From Arenimonas sp. (GTDB lineage: Bacteria > Pseudomonadota > Gammaproteobacteria > Xanthomonadales > Xanthomonadaceae), in NCBI RefSeq assembly GCF_022842045.1, contig NZ_JALHQI010000001.1:9774-73773 (forward strand): a stretch of 64,000 bases of DNA, in the 5' to 3' direction. The stretch's first letter is position 1. The number at the start of each line of letters is the position of its first letter. The position numbers and the translations under genes were made by a program. The notes beneath the pieces are model-generated. The model had not been told where the DNA came from, did not search any database, and worked only from the letters and a program-made list of their open reading frames with translations. Positions 17,613 to 29,344 of the stretch are shown here, in pieces.

Positions 17613-19004
17613 ATGGCTTCCGCGTCAATGCGTTCCGTGCACTTCCTCGGCGCCGCCGGCACCGTCACCGGCTCGCGCTACCTGGTCCAGGCCGCGGGTC
17701 AGCGCATCCTGGTCGACTGCGGCCTGTTCCAGGGCTACAAGCAGCTGCGCGAGCGCAACTGGGCGGAGTTTCCGGTGGCGCCAGCATCCATCGATACCGT
17801 GCTGCTGACCCACGCCCACCTCGACCACGCCGGGTATCTGCCGGCCCTGGTCAAGCAGGGCTTCACCGGCAAGATCCTGTGCACCGACGCTACCCGCGAC
17901 CTGAGTCAGCTCCTGCTGCCCGACAGCGGCCACCTGCTGGAAGAGGAGGCGCGGTTTGCCAAGAAGAAGGGTTACTCCAAGCACGCCAATCCCCTGCCCC
18001 TGTACACGCAGCAGGATGCGATGACGTGTCTGACTCGCTTCGAGGGCCGCCCCTTCCTGGAGCCGCAATCCTTGGCCCCGGGCGTCAGCGCCCGCTTCAT
18101 CCCGGCCGGCCATATCCTCGGTGCCGCCCAGATCGCGCTCACCATCGACGGCCGCCGCCTGCATTTCACCGGCGACCTCGGCCGGGCCAGCGACGCGCTG
18201 ATGAAGGGCCCCGCGCCCTTCGAGGGTGCCGACGTACTGGTCTGCGAGTCCACCTACGGCAACCGCCGCCATCCCAGCGCCGACGCCGAAGCGGAACTCG
18301 CGCCGGTGATCAAGCGGGTCGCGGCCCGCGGCGGCGTGATCGTCATCCCGGCGTTCGCGGTCGGCCGTGCCCAGGCCCTGATGCTGCATATCGCGCGCCT
18401 GCGCCAGCGTGGCGAGATTCCGCGCGTGCCGGTCTACCTCAACAGCCCGATGGCGATCAACGCTACTGACCTGTATCACCGTCACCACGGCGAACACCAC
18501 GTGACCGACGCCGAGTGTCGGGACATGTATGAGCTCGCGACCATGGTGCGTACCGTGGAGGAGTCCAAGGCGCTCAACATGCAGCGCGGGCCGATGATCA
18601 TCATTTCCGCCAGCGGCATGCTCACCGGCGGGCGGGTCTTGCACCACCTCGTGGCCTTTGGCCAGGATTCGCGCAACGCGATCCTGCTGGCCGGCTACCA
18701 GGCTGGCGGCACCCGCGGCGCCGCGCTGGTGCGCGGCGAGAAGTCGCTGCGCATCTTCGGGCAGGAGGTGCCGATCCAGGCCGAGGTCGTCGCCATGGAG
18801 AGTTTCTCCGGCCACGCCGACAGCGAGGAACTGCTCGCCTGGCTGCGCCCGGCCCCGGTCACGCCCACGATGACCTACATCACGCATGGCGAGCCCGACG
18901 CGGCCGACGCCTTGCGCGGCCGGATCGAGCGTGAGCTCGGCTGGCGCTGCCGGGTCCCCGAGCACCTGGAAAGGGTGTCGCTCGGCGGCGAGGCCACGGC
19001 GTGA
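17613..19004 (+). CDS. Metallo-beta-lactamase / beta-CASP RNA-metabolising hydrolase
   Basis: FLGAAGTVTGS, DCGLFQG, THAHLDHAG, AGHILG, ESTYG, IPAFAVGRAQ, SASGMLTGGR, FSGHAD. Confidence 0.9.
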   Translation: MASASMRSVHFLGAAGTVTGSRYLVQAAGQRILVDCGLFQGYKQLRERNWAEFPVAPASIDTVLLTHAHLDHAGYLPALVKQGFTGKILCTDATRDLSQLLLPDSGHLLEEEARFAKKKGYSKHANPLPLYTQQDAMTCLTRFEGRPFLEPQSLAPGVSARFIPAGHILGAAQIALTIDGRRLHFTGDLGRASDALMKGPAPFEGADVLVCESTYGNRRHPSADAEAELAPVIKRVAARGGVIVIPAFAVGRAQALMLHIARLRQRGEIPRVPVYLNSPMAINATDLYHRHHGEHHVTDAECRDMYELATMVRTVEESKALNMQRGPMIIISASGMLTGGRVLHHLVAFGQDSRNAILLAGYQAGGTRGAALVRGEKSLRIFGQEVPIQAEVVAMESFSGHADSEELLAWLRPAPVTPTMTYITHGEPDAADALRGRIERELGWRCRVPEHLERVSLGGEATA

Positions 19005-20512
19005 GCGAGCACGCCCACACCCGCCTGCGCGTCGTGCGCGCCGGCATCGATACCTACCAGCAGCCGGTGGTCTACATGCACCGTGACTGCCCGGTCTGTC
19101 GCTCGGAGGGCTTCGCGGCGCTGACCCGGGTCCAGATGCACGTCGGCACGCGGCAGGTGATCGCGACGCTCAATGTCGTCACGGGCGATCACCTGGCGGT
19201 CGACGAGGTCGCGCTGTCGGACGCGGCTTGGTCGGCCGTCGGCCCCGACGCCGGGGCGTTCGCCACGTTCCAGCATCCCGAGCCGGCCGCCTCGGCCGGC
19301 GCCCTGCGCGCCAAGGTGTTCGGGGCGCGTCTGGACGACGCCGACTGCCTGGCCCTGATGCGCGATACCGCCGCCAATCGGCTGTCGGACATCGAGCTGG
19401 CAGCTTTCGTGACCGCGTGCGCGGGCGAGCGCCTGGATCACGGCGAAACCATCGCCCTGACGCGGGCCATGGTGGCCGTGGGCCAGACCCTGGACTGGGG
19501 CGGCGGCCCGGTGCTGGATAAGCACTGCGTGGGCGGCCTGCCGGGCAATCGCACCACGCCGATCGTGGTCGCGATCATCGCCGCGCTGGGGCATCGCATC
19601 CCCAAGACCTCCTCGCGGGCGATCACCTCGCCGGCCGGCACCGCCGACACGATGGAAGTCATGGCGCCGGTGGCGCTGGATCTGGCCGGGATGCGACGCG
19701 TGGTCGAACGCGAAGGCGGCTGCATCGTCTGGGGCGGCAACGTGCGCCTGAGTCCGGCCGACGACGTCCTGATCCGGGTCGAACGGCCGCTGGACTTCGA
19801 CAGCGACGGGCAGTTGGTCGCCAGCGTGCTGTCCAAGAAGGTCGCGGCCGGCGCGAGCCACGTGCTGATCGATATGCCCGTCGGGCCCACCGCCAAGGTG
19901 CGGTCCGACGCCGCGGCGCAGGCCCTGTCCGACAGGCTGACCGATACGGCGTCCGCCATGGGGCTGACGCTCGCCGTGCTGCGTACCGACGGCCGCCAGC
20001 CGGTGGGCATGGGCATCGGCCCCGCCCTGGAGGCCCGCGATGTGTTGGCGGTGCTGCGGGGCGCACCCGACGCACCGACCGACCTGCGCACGCGCGCCCT
20101 GGCCGTCGCCGGCGCGCTGCTGGACCTGGCGCCGGGCAGGCCGCCGGGCCTGGGGCTCGCTCTGGCCACGCAGACCCTGGACTCGGGCCGGGCCTGGGCC
20201 AGGTTCCTGGCCATCTGTGAGGCACAAGGCGGCTTCACCGAGCCGGGAGAGGCGCCCTTCCGGGCGCCGGTGGTGGCCACCCGCGCCGGGCGCGTGAGCG
20301 CGATCGACAACCGGCGTTTGGCCAAAGTGGCCAAGCTCGCCGGCGCACCAGGCGCGGCCTTGGCTGGCCTCGTCTGCACCGTGCGCATCGGTGATCCCGT
20401 CGCGGCCGGGCAGCCGCTGTACACCGTGCACGCCCAGTCCCCGGGCGAGCGCGACTACGCCTTGACCTACGCCCAGGCTCATCCCGACATCCTGACCCTG
20501 GAGGACCCATGA
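19001..20512 (+). CDS. AMP-phosphorylase-like member of the thymidine phosphorylase family
   Basis: N-terminal extension plus DKHCVGGLPGNRTT and KTSSRAITSPAGTADTMEV, closer to the archaeal AMP phosphorylase type than to E. coli DeoA. Confidence 0.85.
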   Translation: MSEHAHTRLRVVRAGIDTYQQPVVYMHRDCPVCRSEGFAALTRVQMHVGTRQVIATLNVVTGDHLAVDEVALSDAAWSAVGPDAGAFATFQHPEPAASAGALRAKVFGARLDDADCLALMRDTAANRLSDIELAAFVTACAGERLDHGETIALTRAMVAVGQTLDWGGGPVLDKHCVGGLPGNRTTPIVVAIIAALGHRIPKTSSRAITSPAGTADTMEVMAPVALDLAGMRRVVEREGGCIVWGGNVRLSPADDVLIRVERPLDFDSDGQLVASVLSKKVAAGASHVLIDMPVGPTAKVRSDAAAQALSDRLTDTASAMGLTLAVLRTDGRQPVGMGIGPALEARDVLAVLRGAPDAPTDLRTRALAVAGALLDLAPGRPPGLGLALATQTLDSGRAWARFLAICEAQGGFTEPGEAPFRAPVVATRAGRVSAIDNRRLAKVAKLAGAPGAALAGLVCTVRIGDPVAAGQPLYTVHAQSPGERDYALTYAQAHPDILTLEDP

Positions 20513-21426
20513 GCCGCGTCCTGATCCCCTTTCCCGATTTGCAGCCCCTGGCGTTGGAGGTCGGTTCGCGCCTGCAGGCTCGCGTGGCCCCCGTGGGCTG
20601 GCGCCGGTTCCCCGACGGGGAATCGCTGCTGACACTCGACGCCCGACTCAACGCAGTCGACGTGGTGCTGGTGGCCGGGCTGAGGAACGTGGACTCGGTT
20701 GCGCTGGCGCTGCGCTTTGTCGCCGAGACGGCCCGTGATCTGGGTGCCCGCTCGGTTGGCCTGGTCGCGCCTTACCTGCCCTACATGCGCCAGGACACGC
20801 GCTTCCATCCCGGCGAAGCGATCAGCGCGCCGATCTTTGCCCGGTTCCTGGAGCAAAGCGTCGACTGGCTGGTGACGGTGGATCCGCACCTGCACCGCAA
20901 TCCGCGCCTGGACGGGTTGTTCTCGATCCCGACCCGCCATGTCGCCGCGGCGGCGGCGATGGCGGCCTGGGTGCAGGCCAACGTCCCCGACGCGATCCTG
21001 ATCGGTCCCGACAGCGAATCGGCGCAATGGGTTGGCGATATCGCCGCGCGGGCGCAAGTGCCGTTCCAGGTGCTGGCCAAGATCCGGGAGGGCGATCGCT
21101 CCGTCCGGGTGAGCCTGCCCGATCCCGTCGCCGCCCGCGGCCGCACGCCCGTGGTGGTCGATGACATCGTCTCCTCGGGCCATACGATGATCGAAACCCT
21201 CAAGCATCTGGCCACGCTGGGATTGCCCCCGGCGACCTGCCTGGTCACCCACGCGGTCTTTTCCGAAGACGCCTACGAGCGCCTGCTCGCCGCCGGCGCC
21301 CGGCGCGTCGTCAGCACCGACACCATTCCCCACCCGGCCTGCAATGCCATCGCGATGGCGCCGGCGCTGGCGGTGGCCTGCGAAGCCCTGCTCGCCGGGC
21401 GCACCCCGTCCCTGGCCGCCCCGTGA
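20509..21426 (+). CDS. prs: Ribose-phosphate pyrophosphokinase-family protein
   Basis: RRFPDGES, PYLPYMRQD, VDPHLH, GPDSES, VVDDIVSSGHT. Confidence 0.88.
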   Translation: MSRVLIPFPDLQPLALEVGSRLQARVAPVGWRRFPDGESLLTLDARLNAVDVVLVAGLRNVDSVALALRFVAETARDLGARSVGLVAPYLPYMRQDTRFHPGEAISAPIFARFLEQSVDWLVTVDPHLHRNPRLDGLFSIPTRHVAAAAAMAAWVQANVPDAILIGPDSESAQWVGDIAARAQVPFQVLAKIREGDRSVRVSLPDPVAARGRTPVVVDDIVSSGHTMIETLKHLATLGLPPATCLVTHAVFSEDAYERLLAAGARRVVSTDTIPHPACNAIAMAPALAVACEALLAGRTPSLAAP

Positions 21427-21466
21427 GCCGCGCCGTCCACCGCCCCATCTGTGCCCTGGAGTTTCG

Positions 21467-23929
21467 ATGAACGACCTGACCTGCCCCGCCAGCGCCATCA
21501 GCGCCATTGACCAGCACCGGATTGACCAGTTGGCCCGGCGCTACGCCCAGGCCGAGCCGGCCTTCGCCGCGTGGGCCGCCGGCTATGGCGTCATCGAGCA
21601 CACGCCGCTCACGCAACTGCGAGTACGCGCCATGCTCGAGGAATTGGTCGCCACCGGCGCACTGCCTGACGCGGAAACTGGCTACCGGCGCCTGAGCGCG
21701 GCCGATCGCATTGCCAGCGCGGGCATGTGGCTGGTGGCGCATATGACCTACGCCCGGCGTGTCCGACTCGATGGCAGCCCCCTGGTCGCCGAGGATTTCA
21801 AGCCACAGCCCGAGGGGCACACCGGGGGCGCGTTGAACATGGTGCCCGCCTATGCCGGCTACCTGGCGATGAATGCGCTCGACGGCCGGACCCGCGCCTG
21901 GATGATGGGCCAGGGCCACTGCGTGGCGGCGATCGATGCGCTCAACGTGATCGTGGACAACATGAGCCCAGCGCATGCGGCCCGCTACGGCCTCGACGAG
22001 CCGCGGCTGGCGCGATTCGTGGGCGACTTCTACTCGTATGCGCTGACGCCCGAAGGGCGGCCGGCCTCGCCGCTGGGCTCGCACGTCAACGCCCACACCG
22101 CCGGCGGCCTGCAGGAAGGCGGATACCTGGGCTTTGCCGAGCTGCACTACGTGCATGCGCCGCTGCCCGGCGAGCGGCTGGTTGCGTTCGTCAGCGATGG
22201 CGCCTTCGAGGAACAGCGCGGCGGCGACTGGGCGCCGCGCTGGTGGCGCCCGGACGATTCGGGCCTGGTCGCGCCGATTATGATCCTCAACGGCCGGCGA
22301 ATCGAACAGCGCAGCCAGATCGAGCAGCAGGGCGGCGAGGACTGGCTGTACCGCCACCTGCGGCTCAATGGCTTCGAGCCCATTGGCCTGGACGGCCGTG
22401 ATCCCGCCAGCATCGCCTGGGGCATCCACGTCATCGAGTCGCGGCTGCAGGCCTGCACCGAAGCGGCCGCGCTGCATCCCGAGGGAGATTTCCGGATCCC
22501 GCTGCGCTATGGCGTCGCCGAAGCGCCCAAGGGCTTCGGTTTCCCCGGCGCCGGCACCAACGCGGCCCACAACCTGCCGCTGTCCGGCAATCCCCACCGC
22601 GATGCCACTGCCCGCGAGCAGTTCAATGCCGGCTGTGCGCCGCTCTACGTGCCGCCCGCCGACCTGCAGGCGGCGATCGTTTCCCTCAATACGCATGACG
22701 CCCAGAGCCGGCCGCGCGAGCGCGACCACGCGCTCGCGACCCGCCAGGTGAGGCTGCCGAACGTGCCTGAGCCGGCCTGGGCGGAGCCCGGCACCGTCGG
22801 CTCGCCGATGGCGGCGCTTGACGCCCAGTTCGTGCGTTTGGTGCAGGCCAATCCGCAGTTGCGCCCGCGCGTGGGCAATCCCGATGAGTTGAGAAGCAAC
22901 AAGCTCGACGCGACCCTGGACCTGCTCAAGCATAGGGTGCAGGTGCCGGAGGCCGGTGTCGCGGAATCCCGCACCGGCGCCGTGATCACCGCGCTCAACG
23001 AGGAGGCAGTGGTCTGCGCCGCCTTGGCGAACAAGGGCGGTCTCAATCTGGTCGTGACCTACGAAGCCTTCGCCCCGAAGATGCTCGGCGCCTTGCGCCA
23101 GGAGCTGATTTTTACCAGGCATCTGCGCGAGGCCGGACGGCCGCCGGGCTGGCTGGGCGTGCCGGTCGTACTGACCTCGCACACCTGGGAGAACGCCAAG
23201 AACGAGCAGTCCCACCAAGACCCGACCCTGGCTGAAGCCCTGCTCGGCGAAATGGCGGACGGCGCCCGCGTGTGTTTCCCGCCGGACGGCAACAGCGCCA
23301 TGGTGGCCCTGACGCACAGCCTTCGGGCCACGGGCACCATCACGGCGCTGGTGGTGCCCAAGCGCGAGGTGCCCAACCGGCTGACGCCGGCGCAGGCGCG
23401 CCTGTTGGCCGACGAGGGGCTGCTGTTGCTGCATGGCGATCCCGACACCGCGGCGGTGCTGCTGGCTGCCACCGGCAGCTACCAGCTGGGGGAGGTGTTG
23501 CGGGCCCATCAGCGTCTTCGCGCCTCGGGAATTGCCGCGGCGGTCATCTACATCGGCGAGCCGGGAAGGTTGCGGGCGGGACGCGATGCCCGGGAAGCCG
23601 CCTACGTGCTGGCTGATGCCGTGGTGCTGCGTCACTTTCCGGTGGGCACCCCGCGCGTATTCGTCACCCACACCCGGCCTGAGCCTTACCTGGGCGCGTT
23701 GCGCCGGATCGACACCGGCCCGGCCACGACGCGGGCGCTGGGTTTCGTCAACCAGGGCGGCACCTTGGATGTCCCCGGACTTCTGTTTGCGAACGGCTGC
23801 ACGTGGGCACACACGGTGGCGGCGGCGCTGGCGGTCCTGGATCGGCCGCTCGATGACGCCTTGCGCGCTGACGAGCAGGCGGCGCTGGCCGGCCACGGCG
23901 ATCCGACTTTGATCACCCGCCCCGCATGA
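21467..23929 (+). CDS. Divergent phosphoketolase (XFP-family, ThDP-dependent) protein
   Basis: EGHTGG, GQGH, EGGYLG, SDGAFEEQ, LNG..I, NPDELRSN, LNEEA, YEAF, HTWENAKNEQSHQDP. Confidence 0.8.
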   Translation: MNDLTCPASAISAIDQHRIDQLARRYAQAEPAFAAWAAGYGVIEHTPLTQLRVRAMLEELVATGALPDAETGYRRLSAADRIASAGMWLVAHMTYARRVRLDGSPLVAEDFKPQPEGHTGGALNMVPAYAGYLAMNALDGRTRAWMMGQGHCVAAIDALNVIVDNMSPAHAARYGLDEPRLARFVGDFYSYALTPEGRPASPLGSHVNAHTAGGLQEGGYLGFAELHYVHAPLPGERLVAFVSDGAFEEQRGGDWAPRWWRPDDSGLVAPIMILNGRRIEQRSQIEQQGGEDWLYRHLRLNGFEPIGLDGRDPASIAWGIHVIESRLQACTEAAALHPEGDFRIPLRYGVAEAPKGFGFPGAGTNAAHNLPLSGNPHRDATAREQFNAGCAPLYVPPADLQAAIVSLNTHDAQSRPRERDHALATRQVRLPNVPEPAWAEPGTVGSPMAALDAQFVRLVQANPQLRPRVGNPDELRSNKLDATLDLLKHRVQVPEAGVAESRTGAVITALNEEAVVCAALANKGGLNLVVTYEAFAPKMLGALRQELIFTRHLREAGRPPGWLGVPVVLTSHTWENAKNEQSHQDPTLAEALLGEMADGARVCFPPDGNSAMVALTHSLRATGTITALVVPKREVPNRLTPAQARLLADEGLLLLHGDPDTAAVLLAATGSYQLGEVLRAHQRLRASGIAAAVIYIGEPGRLRAGRDAREAAYVLADAVVLRHFPVGTPRVFVTHTRPEPYLGALRRIDTGPATTRALGFVNQGGTLDVPGLLFANGCTWAHTVAAALAVLDRPLDDALRADEQAALAGHGDPTLITRPA

Positions 23930-25533
23930 GCGCACCCCGACCCCTGCCCGCCGCGCGCCTGCCGCGAAGTCTGCAGATCGCTTTCGCCCTGGCTGGCTTC
24001 GGCTGGGTCTGGTGGCGGCGGCATCGCCGTGCTCCCGACACCCTGCCGGCCCGTCTGCGCCAGACCCTGGAAGGTCTGGGCACGACCTTCGTCAAGCTCG
24101 GCCAAGGCCTGAGCCTGCGCCGGGACCTCCTCCCTGCCCCGTATCTGGTCGAGCTGGAGGCCCTGCACGCCCATGTGCCGCCGTTCGAGTCGGCGCTGGC
24201 GGTGGCGGCGATCGAATCCGCGTTTGGCCAGCCGGTGGACGCGCTGTTCGCGGAGTTCGAGCCGGTGCCGTTCGCGGCCGCATCGGTGGCCCAGGTGCAC
24301 CGGGCGCAACTGCCCGATGGGCGCACGGTCGCGGTCAAGGTGCGTCGGCCCGGCATCGTGGCCCAGGTGCATGCCGATCTGCGATTGCTGCGGCGCTGTG
24401 TGCGTGTCAGCCAGTGGCTGGTGCCGGGCTTGCGGCGCTACCAGCCGCTGGATCTGATCGACGAGCTGGGTCAGTTCCTGCATCAGGAAGTCGACATGGT
24501 CCAGGAAGCGCGCAACATGCGGCGTCTGGCCAGCACCTTCGATCCCCTGCCCTACCTGACCCTGCCCCATGTGGTGGAGCCCTGGGTCGCGCCGGCCGTG
24601 ATCGTGCAGGAGTTCAGCCACGGCGCGGCGCTCGCGACCCGTAATCGCACGCCGCGTGGGCGCGAGCTGGCCGGCCTGCTGCTCGATGCCTACGTGCACC
24701 AACTCATGGGCGCCGGGGTCTTCCACGCCGATCCCCATCCGGGCAACCTGTTCGAACTGCCCGACGGTCGCCTGTGCTTCCACGACTTTGGTTCCATCGG
24801 TTTCCTGGACCCGGCATCGCGTACGGCCTTTGCGCAACTGATCGAAGGGCTGGTGGTGGATGACGCCTCGGCCGTGCTCGATGCCGTGGTGGCGATGGGC
24901 TTTGTCACCGGTCCGATTGACCGGCGGGCCTACGTGCGTGCCATCAGCGAAATCCTCAGCAGCCTGGCCACGCTGCCGCTGAACGAGTGGTCGATGGCGG
25001 ACGCGATCTGGCGCGTGGCGCGGATCGGCGCGGGCGAAAACTTTCGCCTGCCGCGCCACCTGTTGGTCCTGATGCGCACCCTGTTCCTAGCCGAGAACAC
25101 GCTGCGGGCCCTGGACCCGGACCTGGACCTGATGCAAGCCTTGGGGGCCCGCGCCCAGCACATGGTCCAGACCCTGCGACAACAGGCGGGGGGCCGGCCG
25201 ATGCACGAGCAACTGCTCAAAAGCGCCGAGCAGCTGCCGGTCGTGGCGATGCAGATCTTGCGACAGCTGCAACTGGACGAGGGACGGCCTGCGCTGTCGC
25301 TGCACCATCGGGGCCTGGAACCGCTGGAATCGACGCTGGCGCGCACCGGCAATCGCCTGGCCCTGGCCTTGGTGACGTTGGGACTGTATCTGGCGGGGTC
25401 AGTGATGATGCTGCACGGCGCCGGGCCGCGCCTGTGGGGCCATCTGCCGGTGCTCTCGGCGCTGGCGTTCGCAGCCGCGCTGGTCCTGTCCTGGCGGCTG
25501 GTGCGCGCCATCTCGCGCTCGGGGCACCTATGA
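23926..25533 (+). CDS. UbiB/ABC1 (AarF) atypical kinase-family protein
   Basis: LGTTFVKLGQ, AAASVAQVH, VAVKVRRPG, FHADPHPGN, DFGSIG; C-terminal TM helices. Confidence 0.88.
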   Translation: MSAPRPLPAARLPRSLQIAFALAGFGWVWWRRHRRAPDTLPARLRQTLEGLGTTFVKLGQGLSLRRDLLPAPYLVELEALHAHVPPFESALAVAAIESAFGQPVDALFAEFEPVPFAAASVAQVHRAQLPDGRTVAVKVRRPGIVAQVHADLRLLRRCVRVSQWLVPGLRRYQPLDLIDELGQFLHQEVDMVQEARNMRRLASTFDPLPYLTLPHVVEPWVAPAVIVQEFSHGAALATRNRTPRGRELAGLLLDAYVHQLMGAGVFHADPHPGNLFELPDGRLCFHDFGSIGFLDPASRTAFAQLIEGLVVDDASAVLDAVVAMGFVTGPIDRRAYVRAISEILSSLATLPLNEWSMADAIWRVARIGAGENFRLPRHLLVLMRTLFLAENTLRALDPDLDLMQALGARAQHMVQTLRQQAGGRPMHEQLLKSAEQLPVVAMQILRQLQLDEGRPALSLHHRGLEPLESTLARTGNRLALALVTLGLYLAGSVMMLHGAGPRLWGHLPVLSALAFAAALVLSWRLVRAISRSGHL

Positions 25534-26657
25534 GCGCGCCGCGCGACGTCCTGACGATTAATGTCGGTTCCGCGACCGTCAAGGCGGCGTACTACACCAT
25601 AGACGCGCAGGGCTTCCTGATCGCGCCGGTGATCCGCGCCAAGATCGCCGTCCTGCCCGAGGATGCCCACGCTGCCCGCAGCGCAGACCGCTGGTTGTCG
25701 CAGTTGCTGGTGCAGTTGCCGGCCGGGGCCGGGCAGCCCACGCGGGTGGCGCACCGGGTCGTGCACGGGGCGACCCGGCCGGGTCCAGCCCTCGTCACCG
25801 AGGCACTGATGACCGAGCTGACGGCGCTGACACCGTTGGCGCCCCTGCATCAAGCTCCGGCCCTGCGCTTGATCGAGGCTGCCGGGCATCGCTGGCCAGG
25901 GGTACCGCAGGTGGCTGCCTTCGACACCAGCTGGCATGCGAACTTGGCCCCGTGGGCCCGGCGCCTGCCGCTGCCGGCGTCCCTGCATGCCGCCGGCGTC
26001 CAACGCTACGGCTTCCACGGGCTGGCGTTTGCGTCGGTGATGCGTCAACTCATCGCCTTCGACCCCGCGCTGGCGACGGCCCGGCTGGTGCTGGTGCACC
26101 TGGGCGGCGGCTCGAGCCTGTGCGCGGTGGCCGACGGTCGCAGCGTCGACACCACCATGGGCCTGACCCCGCTCGATGGCGTCCCGATGGCCACGCGGTC
26201 GGGCACGCTCGATCCAGGCGTGGTGCTGTATCTGGCCCAGACCCTGGCCATGCCGCTGCCCGAGATCGAGCACTTGCTGTGGCGTGACTCCGGCTTGCGC
26301 GGCCTCTCTGGCGGCAGTGGCGACATGCGTGAGCTGTTGGCCGACACCGGCGAGCCCGCAGCCCTGGCCCGAGAGCACTACGCGATGCGGGTCGCCCAGG
26401 GGATCGCCGCAATGGCCACCAGCTTGGGCGGACTCGACGGGGTCGTGTTCTCGGGGGGCGTTGGGGCGGGCGCGGCAAGCGTGCGTGCCCGGATCGCCGC
26501 GCAACTGGGCTGGATGGGCCTACTGCTCGACTCCGACGCAAACCTTCACGGCGGCCCGGCGGTGCATGCCGGTGCCGCCACGATCAGCGCATGGGTCATC
26601 CAGGTCGATGAGGAATACGAACTGTTGCAGGCCGCCTTGGCCCTGGGGGATGAGTGA
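25530..26657 (+). CDS. ackA: Acetate/propionate kinase
   Basis: INVGSATVK, HRVVHG, FDTSWH, RYGFHG, HLGGGSS, DTTMGLTPLDG, TRSG.LDPG, FSGGVG. Confidence 0.88.
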   Translation: MSAPRDVLTINVGSATVKAAYYTIDAQGFLIAPVIRAKIAVLPEDAHAARSADRWLSQLLVQLPAGAGQPTRVAHRVVHGATRPGPALVTEALMTELTALTPLAPLHQAPALRLIEAAGHRWPGVPQVAAFDTSWHANLAPWARRLPLPASLHAAGVQRYGFHGLAFASVMRQLIAFDPALATARLVLVHLGGGSSLCAVADGRSVDTTMGLTPLDGVPMATRSGTLDPGVVLYLAQTLAMPLPEIEHLLWRDSGLRGLSGGSGDMRELLADTGEPAALAREHYAMRVAQGIAAMATSLGGLDGVVFSGGVGAGAASVRARIAAQLGWMGLLLDSDANLHGGPAVHAGAATISAWVIQVDEEYELLQAALALGDE

Positions 26658-27148
26658 GCAACGAGATGACAATGGCCCGCTCCCGCCCTGGCGAGGCGAC
26701 GGTCGCCCGATTGTTGGCTTTGGCGGACGTGCAGCTCGATGGCCCTCGGCCCTGGGATCTGCAGGTGCGCGATCCGGCGATGTTCACGCGCGTGTTGGCC
26801 CAAGGATCGCTTGGATTTGGCGAAGCCTACATCGACGGCGACTGGGTTGCGGCCGACCTTGATGATCGGGATTGGAACACCTCGGCGACGCTGCGCCTGC
26901 GGCCGCATCAGGCGCTCACGGCCGCGCAAAGCCAGATGATTCGCTTGGAGTACTTCGAAGGAACGGTGGGGTTGGCGCTGACGCGCCGAGCCCCCCTGGT
27001 CCCCTATCTCATTCAGGCGTATCGCGCGGCGCTGGTTCCGGACCGCGAGTTGCCGCCGGCGTTTTTGCTGCAGGTTCACGAGCCTGAGCAGTTGCCGCCC
27101 TGCGCTTGCTGGTCGGAGACACCAGAGGACGGGATGGGAAGGGTCTGA
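26654..27148 (+). pseudogene. Chimeric remnant: cyclopropane-fatty-acyl synthase N-terminus fused in frame to a WYL-regulator C-terminus
   Basis: RPWDLQVRD...QGSLGFGEAYIDGDW (cfa-like, ends near 26845), then DDRDWNT..LRLRPHQALTAAQSQMIRLEY...RRAPLVPYLIQ, resembling the BrxR/CapW-type C-terminal domain. Confidence 0.6.
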
Positions 27149-27347
27149 AGGCCGTGCGCGGACGCCCCGTGAGTGGCCGGGCATCTACCTCGAAGGCAAC
27201 TCGGAAAACGGCGACGGAATCTGGTCCGGGTTTCCGGGCTTCACAACGCTGAAGCATTCGATAGCCGTGATCAATCAGTCGATTTTACTTGGGCGTATGC
27301 CCCAGTCGATCAAGCCGAAGGATTGGCCTTGAACGCTCAGCAAGTCC

Positions 27348-29331
<1,984 letters not shown>

Positions 29332-29344
29332 TGCGATCTCCTAA

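Noticed and set aside
21311-23935. 874-aa minus-strand ORF, and similar long antisense ORFs (18875-20635, 42902-45028, 50981-53560, 6972-8540, 24930-26504)
   Set aside because: They shadow well-supported plus-strand genes; long stop-free antisense frames are expected in GC-rich coding DNA, and they carry no recognisable motifs.
27195-27220. CTCGGAAAACGG resembling the core of a Tn21/Tn501 inverted repeat
   Set aside because: Only about 12 nt match; there is no GGGG terminus or rest of the 38-bp repeat.
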